A stretch of DNA of 64,000 nucleotides from an uncultured virus (IMG/VR IMGVR_UViG_3300006145_000010). Lineage: Duplodnaviria > Heunggongvirae > Uroviricota > Caudoviricetes. A program made the translations under genes and the position numbers. This document shows, piece by piece, positions 46,579-58,300 of the stretch; position 1 is the first letter of the stretch, and each line of letters opens with the position of its first letter. The notes beneath the pieces were generated by a model. It worked only from the letters and a program-made list of their open reading frames with translations. It searched no databases and was not told the origin of the DNA. The DNA is taken from the IMG/VR virus record IMGVR_UViG_3300006145_000010. One strand, written 5' to 3'.

Positions 46579-46928
46579 ATGCGTTTGATGCGACCGTGAG
46601 CGCTTATGCGGAGGTGGGCCGGGATTTGTGGACGGATGTGAAGGATTGCGCGTCCCTGGGGCTGGCGTTCGTTTCCCCGGAGGAGGTGTGCCTGGCTCTG
46701 CCCTCCGAGAGGCTGGGTGAGTTGTGTTTTCCTCCTGTGGGCATGCCGGATCTTCCGGAGAGGTGCTTGTTTGTGTGGTGGGCGGCCGGGGAGCCGCGCG
46801 AGCTGGCCCGGCTGGCCCGGCAGTTTTCCCGCAGAGGTTTTACGCATGTGGCCTGGCAGCGGTTTTTGCGCGGGCCGAAGGTGCATGTTTTTTCCATTGA
46901 TCAACTTACCGGTTTTATATCACGATGA
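46575..46928 (+). CDS. Small protein, possibly GNAT-like, in the ejection module
   Basis: LFVWWAAG; overlap-coupled on both sides. Confidence 0.5.
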   Translation: MNAFDATVSAYAEVGRDLWTDVKDCASLGLAFVSPEEVCLALPSERLGELCFPPVGMPDLPERCLFVWWAAGEPRELARLARQFSRRGFTHVAWQRFLRGPKVHVFSIDQLTGFISR

Positions 46929-49282
46929 GCGAGTTTTCTTTATACGGCGGGCCGTCCCTGCAGACGGCCAAGGCTGATCCCGGTGTCGCGGCGCGGGCCG
47001 CCAATGGCGATCAGGGCCAGGTGCTGGGCGCGTCCGTCCAGAAGGCCGAAGAGGCGGTTCAGGGGAGCGCGGAGGCGTTTGCCAGGATTTCCGATTTCGG
47101 GGAGATGCAGCGGCAGGAGGTGGAGCTGCGACGCATCCGGGACGAGTCCGACGCGAAGTTTTCCAGGATGCTGGCTTTCGCGCCGGGCACGAAGGAGAGC
47201 GTTTTTGAGAAGGACGGTTCCATCCGGCAGGGGAAGCTGAAAGATTTGGCTTACGAGTTCGGCCAGAAGATTGACGCGCTGGGTGGCAGTTTTTTCCACC
47301 CGGAGAGCGCCATGAAGGCGGAGGCTGTCAGGGCTTCCGTGAGGTCAAGCCTGCCGGAACGTTATTGGGGGCTGGCTGCCAAACATCAGCTGGGCGTTGC
47401 CAGACAGGCTTTCGATACGAGTTTGAAGCTGGCCGAGGAGAAGCAGGATTGGGGCGGTTACGAGAGGTCTGTTGATGACGCCGTAGCTTCCGGCACGATT
47501 TCCCGTGACGAAGGTGAGCTGCGTTTATTGAGAGGGAGGAAGAAGGCTTCCCGCCATCATTTTGAGAACCTGGCCGCGACTAACCCGGATCTTGCCGCCG
47601 AGATGATTAACCGCGGGGAGCTGGACGGGTATTTTTCCGCCTCCGAACAGGATGAGATGATGCGTTCTTTGCGGCGTCAGGACGACAACAGGCTTACGGA
47701 GGTAGTCGAGCAGACGGCTTCCCGTCCTAAGTCAAAGAACGACAGGCAGGCCGTGACGAATGCTTTGCTGTCCGGTCCCGTCTATCAGGAAGAATTGGGG
47801 TTTCATGCGGTTTATGAGCGCGACGGGGATTACAGCGCCTGCGCTCCGCAGATTGATTCTTTCATTTACCGGGTTGCGGATATGGTGAGGGCTGGAGAAG
47901 AAGGGCCGGATTTGGCGAGCAAGAAGGAAAATGTGATCCTTCTGTGCAAGCGTTACGCGAAGTCAGCCGAGTTCCAGAAGGATGTTTTGAACCGCATGGA
48001 TAAGTGGGCCAAGCGCAAGGAAAAGTACAAGATGTTGAATGTTTCCGAGCGCATGAAGGAGATGGATGGGGCTCCGTTGTACCGTCAGGCGGATTATAAT
48101 AACGTCATTGGCACTCTTGATGCCGAGGCGAAGAATGCCTGGCAACTCTACGCTGATTCCTCCAAAGGGTCCGACACACCCAAAGACAGTGAAGATACAT
48201 GGATCAAGAGGTTCAAGAAGGAGAAGATTGAGAACCTGCAAAAGAATCTTGCCGCCAAGACCGAGATTGCCGTTCGTGATGATTTTGAGGCCTGGTTTGA
48301 TGGAGAGGTGCAGGGGAACGGGAAGGAGCCTTCCTATGTTTTGCAGGAGGATATGCTTCAGACTATTTTAAGAAAAGTAACAGGTCGCAATGATTTAGTT
48401 ATTCCGAGTCGTGGGAGATTGATGGATGAATACCAGCAGACTGCAAGCGAGAAATGGAGAGATAGGGATAGTGAACGGTTTAATGCTGGCCCCAAATTAT
48501 TGAGTGAAGGGGAGAAGCAGACGCTGCGCCGGAAGGATATGTTGCGCAAGCCGTTTACGTTCCCTGCCATGGTTTCCGTAGATACCGTGAATACGAACGC
48601 GCCCGCCGGCATTCTTCTGCCGGAGAGCATGAGGCAGCGGTTTGGCGACGACGTTTCCGGACTGGCCGCCCTGGTTCCTTCTTCCTCTTCTTCCCGCCGC
48701 GGGAAGCCCCTTCCCGTGGTGGGCTACACCAGGGGGAGTTCCCCCCAGCTTACCCTGTCCGGCGCCAGCAAGCTGCGGATGACGTTTTCTTCCAAGATGG
48801 ATACGAATGTGACGATTTCCCCTGCCAGCCCGGAAATGAGGGAGTTTTTCAAGAGAGAATATCCGGGAAGCCAGGATTGGGAGCAGGATGCCGGAGAGTC
48901 CAGGGTGCCTGCCGCCAAGCTGGGGGGGCTGGGACAGTACAGCCAGGCTTTTTATGATGCGGGAAGGAAGTATGGCGTGGATCCGAAGCTGTTGATGGCT
49001 ATTGCCATGCACGAGACCGGCAAGGGAACGAGCGCCGCTTTCCTGCGCAAGAATAACGCCATGGGCATCAGCCCGAATGGAGGGGGACCGCGCACTTTTT
49101 CCTCCGTGGAAGAGAGCATTAATTACGCCGCCCGCCTGTTGAGGAAGCATTATCTGGACCAGGGGTTGACGACGATTGCCGCCATTGGAGGGAAGTACGC
49201 TCCGGCAGGAGCCGGGAATGATCCGCGCGGATTGAATAAGCATTGGGTCAACGGCGTAAGCAAGTATTACAAATCATTTTAA
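46925..49282 (+). CDS. Internal virion protein with C-terminal glucosaminidase/lysozyme-like domain
   Basis: KYGVDPKLLMAIAMHETG..NNAMGI..FSSVEESI..KYAP. Confidence 0.8.
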   Translation: MSEFSLYGGPSLQTAKADPGVAARAANGDQGQVLGASVQKAEEAVQGSAEAFARISDFGEMQRQEVELRRIRDESDAKFSRMLAFAPGTKESVFEKDGSIRQGKLKDLAYEFGQKIDALGGSFFHPESAMKAEAVRASVRSSLPERYWGLAAKHQLGVARQAFDTSLKLAEEKQDWGGYERSVDDAVASGTISRDEGELRLLRGRKKASRHHFENLAATNPDLAAEMINRGELDGYFSASEQDEMMRSLRRQDDNRLTEVVEQTASRPKSKNDRQAVTNALLSGPVYQEELGFHAVYERDGDYSACAPQIDSFIYRVADMVRAGEEGPDLASKKENVILLCKRYAKSAEFQKDVLNRMDKWAKRKEKYKMLNVSERMKEMDGAPLYRQADYNNVIGTLDAEAKNAWQLYADSSKGSDTPKDSEDTWIKRFKKEKIENLQKNLAAKTEIAVRDDFEAWFDGEVQGNGKEPSYVLQEDMLQTILRKVTGRNDLVIPSRGRLMDEYQQTASEKWRDRDSERFNAGPKLLSEGEKQTLRRKDMLRKPFTFPAMVSVDTVNTNAPAGILLPESMRQRFGDDVSGLAALVPSSSSSRRGKPLPVVGYTRGSSPQLTLSGASKLRMTFSSKMDTNVTISPASPEMREFFKREYPGSQDWEQDAGESRVPAAKLGGLGQYSQAFYDAGRKYGVDPKLLMAIAMHETGKGTSAAFLRKNNAMGISPNGGGPRTFSSVEESINYAARLLRKHYLDQGLTTIAAIGGKYAPAGAGNDPRGLNKHWVNGVSKYYKSF

Positions 49283-49311
49283 CATTGAACATATTATAAA
49301 TATTTTTCACT

Positions 49312-52300
49312 ATGAACGACAATTTTTCCTTTGACGGGGCCGACGCTGCGGATATGCCTCTGGATCTTTCTTTTTCCTCCCTGCCGCTGCCGGAGGGCGA
49401 GGCTGCCGCCGGATTTCACCTGCCGGAGATGGAACCGGGAACAGGACAGGAGCAAGCAGCAGCCGACATTAATCTTTTGAATGGAAGCGACGTGATGGAA
49501 ACCACTCCTTCCCCTTTTCCTGCTCCGGAAGATCCTTCCGAAACGGAGTTCCGTCCGCAGCTGACGGATCCTGAATCCCTGCATGACCAGGGGGCTATGA
49601 TGATGTACGGCGCAGCAGAGCGAGAAGAGAGGCGCAGAAAGGATAAGCAGGCCCGGCTGATGGATGTGCTGCGGGCCGGGGCCATGGATGGAGAGGGCAG
49701 AAAGAAAGCTGCGGAACTCTGGGGCCAAGATGCTCTGAACCGCCTTGATCTGGCTAGCGAACATGACCGAGCTTATATGCTTGGGAATCGCCTGATGGAG
49801 ACCATCGGTGACGGAGATAGAGATGTAGGCCGCCAGATTTACAAGAACGCCAACAATTTGTGGGGAACAGATGTTGTTACGGCAGACCAGATTTGGAAGG
49901 ATTTTCAAGGGAGGCATCAGAAGACGCTGGACGCCTATAATGAAAATCTGAAGAGGGTTCAGACTGAACAGGAGGAGATTTCCCGCCGGATAGTGGATTG
50001 CGTAGCCGGGAAGGAAGGCAGCTGGGACGCGTGTCCTGCCGATTTGCTGAAGTATGCCGAGAGTCCGCAGAAGGCTGCCGATTCCATCATGAGGGCGCGG
50101 CGGGCGTATGCTTTTGCCGAGAGGCGCGGGTTTGAGGATGTCTGGCGCTCCGACGCGCTGGACATGGCCGATCTGCTGACAGTGAATGTCAACGGGAATG
50201 AGGTGCTGGACCAGCAGGCGTTGATGTTGCTGATGACCGCGATTGACCGGAAGGTTCAGGAGAGCCAGACGGATTCCGCTGCTTTCTGGCGCAATTTGTA
50301 TAGAAGTTTTGCCGACACGGCGCGCGGCGCGGAGAGCCTGGGCGTGAAGGCGGTTCAGGCGGTGAGGGGCATTCCCGGCATGAGCGGAATGGAAGAGTGG
50401 TATTCCAATAATATTGCTCCCCTGCAGGGGGTGAAGGATACGTTTGACGGACAAAGGCAGCTCTTCGACCGCTACGAGCAAAGACGCGAAGCGCTGAATA
50501 CGATGCAGGATGTGATGCACGAGTTCGGACAGCGGATGCGGGGCACGAGCCCTGATGCGTCCTGGTACGTCAAGGCGATTAACGGAGCCGGGAATATCAC
50601 CGGGCAGAGCCTTTCCTACATGGCTCCCGGCGGCTGGGCCCTGGCGCTGGCCGGGGATATGGGGCACGCCGGGAATGCCGCCTCCCGCAACGGGGATTCC
50701 CTGGTGGACGTGACGATCAACGGGCTGCGGAATACGGTGGAGGAAAAGGGGTTTGGGGTGTTTTCCGTGTTCGGGCGCATGGGGGCCATCAACAAGCTGA
50801 TGACCAGGACGGGAACCGGCGCCCTGGCGAGACTGGCCGCGAAGGTGCCGGGGCGCACGTTTTTTGCCGGGACGAGAACCGGCAAGATGCTTTCCACCCC
50901 GGCGTTTGCCTACGTGGAAGAGATGGCGGCGGAACCTCTGGCCGGGGAGTTGTTCGAGTGGACGGCCCGGAAGTTGTCCGGGATGACGGGAATGGAGGTG
51001 AAGCCGAAGGATTTCGAGGTGGTGGGCCCCGTGCTTCAGGCGATGGGGGATGTGGAGCAGTCCGGCGGATGCGCGTTGTTTGTGGCGGCCATGGCTGCCG
51101 GCCACGCTCCGAGGATGAAGCAGGAAGTGGCGGCGTTCGTGACGGATGCGCAGCGGGCCCAGCTGGCCGGATATACGAAGAAGCATGCCGAAGAGATGGC
51201 GTCTTTTTCCACGGCGGAGCACAAGGCTGCGCTGGCCCAGAAGTATTTCGAGACTGATGTATTGAAGGATCCAGAAGGAGCCGCCGAACGGGCGCGGAAG
51301 GCCGGCGCCGAGCTGGCGGACCGGCAGGAGGCCCGGCTGTACCAGATGTCCGGCGCTCTGGACAAGGTGCTGGAGAAGGCCAACATTGGCCGTATCCGCA
51401 AGCTGGAAGGAACGGACAGGTACGAGGTGAGCCTGCGGGAGGGCGCTGTAGTGAACGGCGTGAAGATGGAGGAAGACAGGAGCGTGGAGATGAACGAGGA
51501 GCAGACGGACGCCCTGGTTCAGGTAGTGCTGCAGGGGGCTTATTTGAATGGCGTCCGCGTGATGCAGGATGCCGTGCTGGGGAATGCCGCGATTTCGGAA
51601 GCCGGGAAGATGGATTTTATTGAGACGCTGGATATGTTGTCCGAGGAAGCGCCTGCGGAGTACCGGAAGGCGGCCGCCGAAACCGGAGGGATGACCGTCC
51701 CGGGGTTGATGGATGTGGCCGCGCGAGCCCAGGCGAGGATTGACGCGATTGTCCGGGAAGAGGGCGTGTCCGTCCAGGAAGCCAGAAGCAGGACGGATGC
51801 CGAAGTGATGGGGAAGGTTCAGCTTGGTTCCATTGCCGATTTGGCGGCGGCTTTTGAGAGGCGTCTTGATCATGCAGTGCGTTCCGGAGAGATTACGAGG
51901 GGGAGATCCGAGGAGATCAGGAACGGCACGGCGGCGGCCAGCTTCGCCCACCGGTTTACGATGGCGACCGATCCTGGGAGTTCCCTGCTGCTTTACGCAG
52001 GAGGCCATGCCACGACGGCCAACGTGATGGAGGATGTGCAGGAGTCCGCCCTGGTTCATTACATGAACCTGACCGGGAAGGATTGGCAGGATTTGTGGGA
52101 GCATTTGCAGGCGGCGGACGCCGTGTTGGGAAGGTACGGCGTGAGTCTGGGGACGTATGAGGGCCCGGCGCATGATGCCAGGGACGTGGTGGAAAGTTTT
52201 TCCAACCTGTCCCTGTCTTCCTCCCTGGCGGATATTGAGAGCCTGCCCGTGCCACAGTGGGTGAAGGACACCGCGGAGTTCGCCCTGAAGAATCTGGAGG

Positions 52301-55300
52301 ATTCCGCCCGCATCATACGCATGGGCGAGCAATGGAACGAGTTTGCCGCGACGGACGAGGGGAAGAAGTTTATGGAAGAGCACGGAGGCCTGGCAGACGC
52401 CCTGCAGGCCGTGGGCGTGAGTACGGAGAGCGTTTTCCGCCAGGCGCGGATGGATGCCGCGCAGAAACTGGATGTGGAGATGGTGCACGCGGACCTTGCT
52501 TCCCGCAGGGCTCCGGGGGATGCCACGATGACGCTGGGCGAGCTGGAGGCACTGGAAGAGTCCATGGCGCGGATGGATGCCGCGGAGGATGTGGAAGAGA
52601 CCGCGGAAGAGGAGGATGAGACTGATCCCGTGACCGGCATTGCCGGGAATTCGGCATCCCCCGCTCCGCTGGTGGAGGATGCCGGCGGCTCCCTGGAGGG
52701 GGTGGGGGAAGAGGCCGAACACGATGAAGAGGCCGGCGCGGAGTTCCGCGATCACGCGTTTGTGCGGGTGGCGCCGGATTGCGTGTTTGCCCAGGTGCGG
52801 GTGGATTCCCTGGCCCTGGCGCCGGATGTGGAGCAGTTCAAGCAGGGAGATCATAATGAACGCGGAGCCGTGAAGGGGCGCGAGCTTCAGGGATGGTTCC
52901 GGGAAGACGCCCAGCCCATTTCCGTGTGGCGGCGCAGGGATGGAGCCCTGCATGTGATTACCGGACGCCACCGGTTTGATTTGGCCGTGCGCGACGGGGT
53001 GGAGTTTATTCCGGCTTACGTGTATGAAGAAGATGATGCGCATGACGCCACTTGGGCGAAGATGCACGACGTCGGGCAGAATATGCTGGACGGTCAGGCG
53101 TCCGCGCTGGAGGTGGCTTTTTTTGTCCGGAATTCCAATATGGGCCGGGACGAGATGGAGGCGCAGGGGTATTTGCGCCCCGGTTCCGCCAATGTGATGG
53201 GCTGGGATATTGCCACCCTGGCCGGGGATGAGGTGTTTACCCGCCTGAAGAACGGGGTGATTACGGATAACGAGGCGTGGAAGGTATGCCGCCTGTCTTC
53301 AACGGAGGCGGGACAGATGCTTGCCCTGCAGCTGCGCGAGAAGGGGAAGCCGTGGGATTACGTGGCGGCCTATGTGAAGGAGGCGGACCGGGTGGCTGCG
53401 GAGAAGTCCCGGGAGGGAGAGGCGTTTGATTTGTTCGGCAACGATACGTCCTGGCAGGAGGATTGCGAGAAGGTGGCCCGCTTTGCGGCCCGGGGGATTT
53501 CCCTGATTGCCGAACGCCTGTCCCTTCTGAAGAAGTCCAGAGGCATCAGCCGGCGGAAGGATTTGGCGGGCAGGATGGGCATCCGCCTGGAGACGGACGC
53601 AGATTTGAATGCGGCCATTCATGATTTGGAAAGAGCCAAGGGGGCATGGCAGTCCCATGACCCGGCGCTGCACCTTCATGACCGCGCCCTTGCCTGGGAC
53701 GGCACGAGTGAAGTGAATCCGTTCGAGCGTGTGCCCGTTTCCGGGGCGACGTTTTCCGTGGTTGCCATGGATAGTTCCGGAACTGTCCTGGCTCCGGAGA
53801 CGTTCGTCACCCGGGAAGACGGAAGTCCTGACTGGTTTGTGATTCCGCGCCGCAAGAGGCAGCCAGCCATGCCGGTGCGGCTGCTGGTGGGTTCCGATGT
53901 CGGGGAGCATCGCGGCTATGGACTGACCCATATCCTGGCTTCCCGCGGGTTTTCCTTCTGGAAGGACCGTTCCCCGGAACGCTATATCAGTTCCATTCTG
54001 GCGAATGTGAGCGAGCTTTACGAGGTGGCGCCCGGGCGTGAGCTGCTGGTTAAGGGAAGGCAGCCTTCTTCATGGATGCTGCTGCAATTGGACCGGAAGG
54101 ACGGGTTTTATTCCATTGTCTCGGCTTATCCAGTGCGGCAGGGCAAGAAGCCGCTGGGGAAGAAGCTCCCCCTTGCAGAGCGACAACCTGCAAACGCGAA
54201 TAGCGGCACCGCGCGCCTAGGTCCAGGATCGGCAAGCAAGGCCGCTCTGCCGTCCCAATCCGCTGGCGGGGGAGATGGTTTTTCCTTACCACAAGGGGCG
54301 CATGTTGTCAACGTGAATGAAGTGGAATGCCGGTTTGACGACGGGGCTATTGTTCCGGCGACGTTTTCCCTATCTCTGGAAAAAGAGGCAATCAAGAAGG
54401 AAGCTGTGGCTGCGGGCACGTTCATGAAGGCCCCGAACGGGAAGGAAACGAATCTGACGGAAGACCAGTGGCTTGCCGTGCGCACGGCGGCGTTTAAGAA
54501 TTGGTTTGGCGATTGGGAGAAGGATCCGCAGAATGCTTCCAAGGTGGTGGACGAGAACGGGGAGCCGAGGGTGGTGTATCATGGGACATACGGTGATTTC
54601 ACGGTGTTTGACAAGGCCAAGATTGGATCTGCTACTGATTATGGTATATGGGGTAGAGGATTTTATTTTACCAATATGGAGAATACTCCGTACGGGAACA
54701 AGAAGCTGGCTCTGTTTCTGAATATCAGGAATCCGTTTATTTTTAATGATTACAAGTCTGCTGAAGAGATAGGCGATTATTTAAATATTTGGGATGGGAA
54801 TTTTCATGAAGATGACAGGTTTGGAATATTCCGGCCGTATGCGACAGGAGCGGCCCAGATAGCCGATAGTGCTCAAGAAAGAGGACATGATGGACTCATT
54901 GCTGTACTGGGTAAATGGACGGAGTACATTGCCTTTGAGCCGAATCAGATCAAGTCCTCCACGAACAACCGGGGGACGTTTGATCCGAAGAATCCGGACA
55001 TTACGTTTTCCATTGTTTCGGCACAGGAACAGGGCTTGTTCCGGGACGGCCATTTTGAGGCGGGCAACGCTGTGATTACGGAACCGGGGGTGACGTTCTC
55101 CATTACTGCCCTGCATGCTTCCCCTCACAGTTTTCGCAAGTTTGATACGGCGTTCATGGGCAAGGGGGAAGGAGCGCAGGCGTATGGCTGGGGACTTTAT
55201 TTTGCGGAAAATCCGGAGGTGAACCGGAGTTATATGAACCAGTTCGCGCAGGATAAGACGACATGGAAGTTCCGGGAGGTGGAGACTGGCGTTATAGAAG

Positions 55301-58300
55301 TGATGCAACGATCCCTGGTAAATAGTTTTTTGCCGAAGGATGCCCTGCCGGAGGCCAAGGAGGACGCGTCAGATATCGCCTGGTCTGTTCTTGGCGATTT
55401 GGTTGATGCCTCCAAAGGAAGCATGACTGTTTCAGACATCGCCAGAGAGGTGATGGAGGAGATTGAAATCAACAGGAAACACGCGGAGGAGTATCCCCAG
55501 GAGCGGGAGAAAATGGTCCAGCTGGAAGGCTTTCTACTTTCTCTGCTTGATCATCTGGACGAGATAGAGGTCAGGACGGGCATGCCTTCCAATTACCGCG
55601 TGGAGCTGAATGTGGAGGATTATTTGGACTTCATGGAAGGAGGGGAGCTGCTGTTTTGGGATAAAGGGTACGGCTCATCTACAACATCCAGAATAGGAGA
55701 TTGGCTTCTGGATGAGGGCAAGGAAGAAGCGTATTCTTTGTTCAACGACAAGGATCCGGAAAATGGGTATTGGATGGGGGGCAAGATTTACCGCTCGTTG
55801 GAGGATGCCTTGGGAAGCCCCAGAGAGGCGAGCGAGTTTCTGTTAAGGCATGGAGTGAGGGGCATCAGGTACGCAGACGGTTTTTCCCGCTGGAAGGCGG
55901 AGGAGAAGCAGACGTATAATTACGTGATTTTTGACGGCAACGATATTAAGATTACGGCGTTTGCGGACGAGTCCACCGGGGGAGCGTGGGCGGATTATGA
56001 GGATCCGACGGCGAGTTTCTCTCTTGCCACGAGAGAAAGTGTCTGGGTGACGCTGGAGCGGGAGGCGCAGAAGAACCGTTTGGAGGTGCTGCGCAGCCAG
56101 ACGGCAAAAGCGTTGGAGACATGGCGCCGGGTTTGCGCGGCCAACGATGTGAAGCAGGGAGACGGCGCGGAGGCGTTCGGAAGGGTCATGGCCGTGGTGG
56201 CTTCCATTTACAAGACGCTGCCGGAGGGGTACAGGTTTGGCCTTTACCCTTACATGAGAGCTGCCGAGAATCTTGCCACCCGTCTGGAGGACGGTCAGGC
56301 ATGGCTTTCCGATGAGCTGAAGAAGGAGACGCTGATGGACGATACCAGCGAGCGCATGGATGCCGTGATTGACAAGCTGCTGGCCCGCACGCTGGAACAG
56401 GCAGACCGATATGCCGTCGACCAGATGCGGGCGGAGATGGTTGCCCGCATCAAGGCCGTGCAGCCGACGAAGAAGGCCAGCGGGAAGTTTAACAAGGGCA
56501 AGTTGAGCGCGGAGGATTACAGGCATTTGCACGGGATAGTCGCCATGATGAATACGGACCAGGAGGCGAAGGAGAAGCGAATGCTGGAGCTGGAGGGCGT
56601 GCTTTCCAGCAACCAGTCCACCGAAGAGGAACGGGGTGCGGCCGAGCTGGAATTGAAGGATTGGCACACGTTCGGATATCTGGCCGGGATGGGACTGGAG
56701 CAGACGCGCGCCTGCGCGCGCGCCCTTGCCCTGTTTATCACGACGGGACGGACGGCCTGGTCCACCCGGTTGGACGAGGAGAGGCGCCGGACGAAGTTCA
56801 AGGCCGAGAAGATTGTGGAAGGGCTTGGGCAGGCCACTCCCCAGGGAGGACGTGACGCGGAAGAGGATGCGAAGGCGTCTACGAGAACGAAGGCGGCCAA
56901 GTACCTGAAGTACGGTTTGCAGTCTTATTCCCAGCTGTTGAATGGATGGAAGAAGATTCCCGCCCTGCGCGGTCTGGCGCATGCCGAGGTTACTGCGATT
57001 GCCGAGGCGAATGTGGCGTTGAGGAATATGAAGCACGCCCGGGACCGGGAGGTGACGGCCCTGGTTAAGCGGTGTTTTGGCGTTCAGCGCACCAAAGATG
57101 TGGCAAGGGTTCTTTCCGATTTCAAGAAGACAGGGGATTCCGGCGTAGTGCTGAATCCGCTGGTGAAGGTGGAGCGCACCGTGAGGATCGCCGAGGCCCG
57201 CGAGTGGGTGGGGTTGTCTTTTGAGGAGAGGGAGGAACGACGCAAGGCAATCAGGAAGGAGTACAATGACCGGGGGCTTTCCGACGATAAGGCGTCCGTG
57301 CCGGAAGCGCTTATTCCGGAGATGCGCCGGCAGCTTGCCGAGCTGGATGAATTGGTGAAGGCCGGAGACGGACGGGCCAGAAGGAGGAAGAATATTACGG
57401 CGAAGGAGGAAGTGGTGCGCCCGGGCAGGAAGGGCGAGACGTTGAAGGTTTCCCGCGCCCAGGCGATGTATGCCATTTTGCTTTACGAGCAGGCCGAGTA
57501 CGTGGAGACGATGCGGAATGAAGGCATTGGAGAAGCGGAGGTTGCCCGCCTGCGCGAGTTTGTGGGCGCCGAAGGGCTGGCGTTCGGCTACGGCCTGCGG
57601 GAGCTGATGAACCGGCAGGGAAAGCTGCTGGCCCGTGTGTATGAGGAGCGTGAGGGGGTTCCCTTCCCCGCGGTGGAGAATTATTTCCGGGCCGTGTTCC
57701 GGGCGGACCACAAGCTTGATACGAAGGCGTCTTTCGGGGAACAGACGAATGCCGTGGCCGGCGGGGCGAAGTACGGGATGCTGATTCCCAGGCGGAAGCA
57801 CAATTTGCACCTGGCCTGGAATATGGATTGCGAGGCCGTGTTCCAGGCGGCGAGCGCCGAGGTGGAGAATTATATTTGCACGGCGGATATTACTGCCCGC
57901 TGGCGCGGCATTCTGGCGGACAAGGAGGCGGCAGCGTCCCTGAAGGAGCACATGGGGCGCCACGGGATTGATTCGCTGCGGCACTGGCTGGATGTGATCG
58001 ACGGGGCCGGAGTGATGGAGGGGGGCGCCCTGCTGGCCGGAGCCCAGGCGACAAGCCGCTTCCAGAGCGCCAAGGCGGTGGCCCTGCTGGCCTGGAACGT
58101 GCTGACGATGCTCAAGCAGACCAGCGGCCTGATGCACGGGATGTTTGCCGGGGAGGTTGGCATGGGGAGTTTCCTGCTGCACCTGGGGCAGACGATGTCC
58201 ATGACCGGACGCATGGGGGTGTTTGAGGTGATGAAGACGGAGGCTTTCCGGGCGAGGACCAATGACGCTCAGGCGGAGCTGGTGAGCCAGCTGATGGGGT

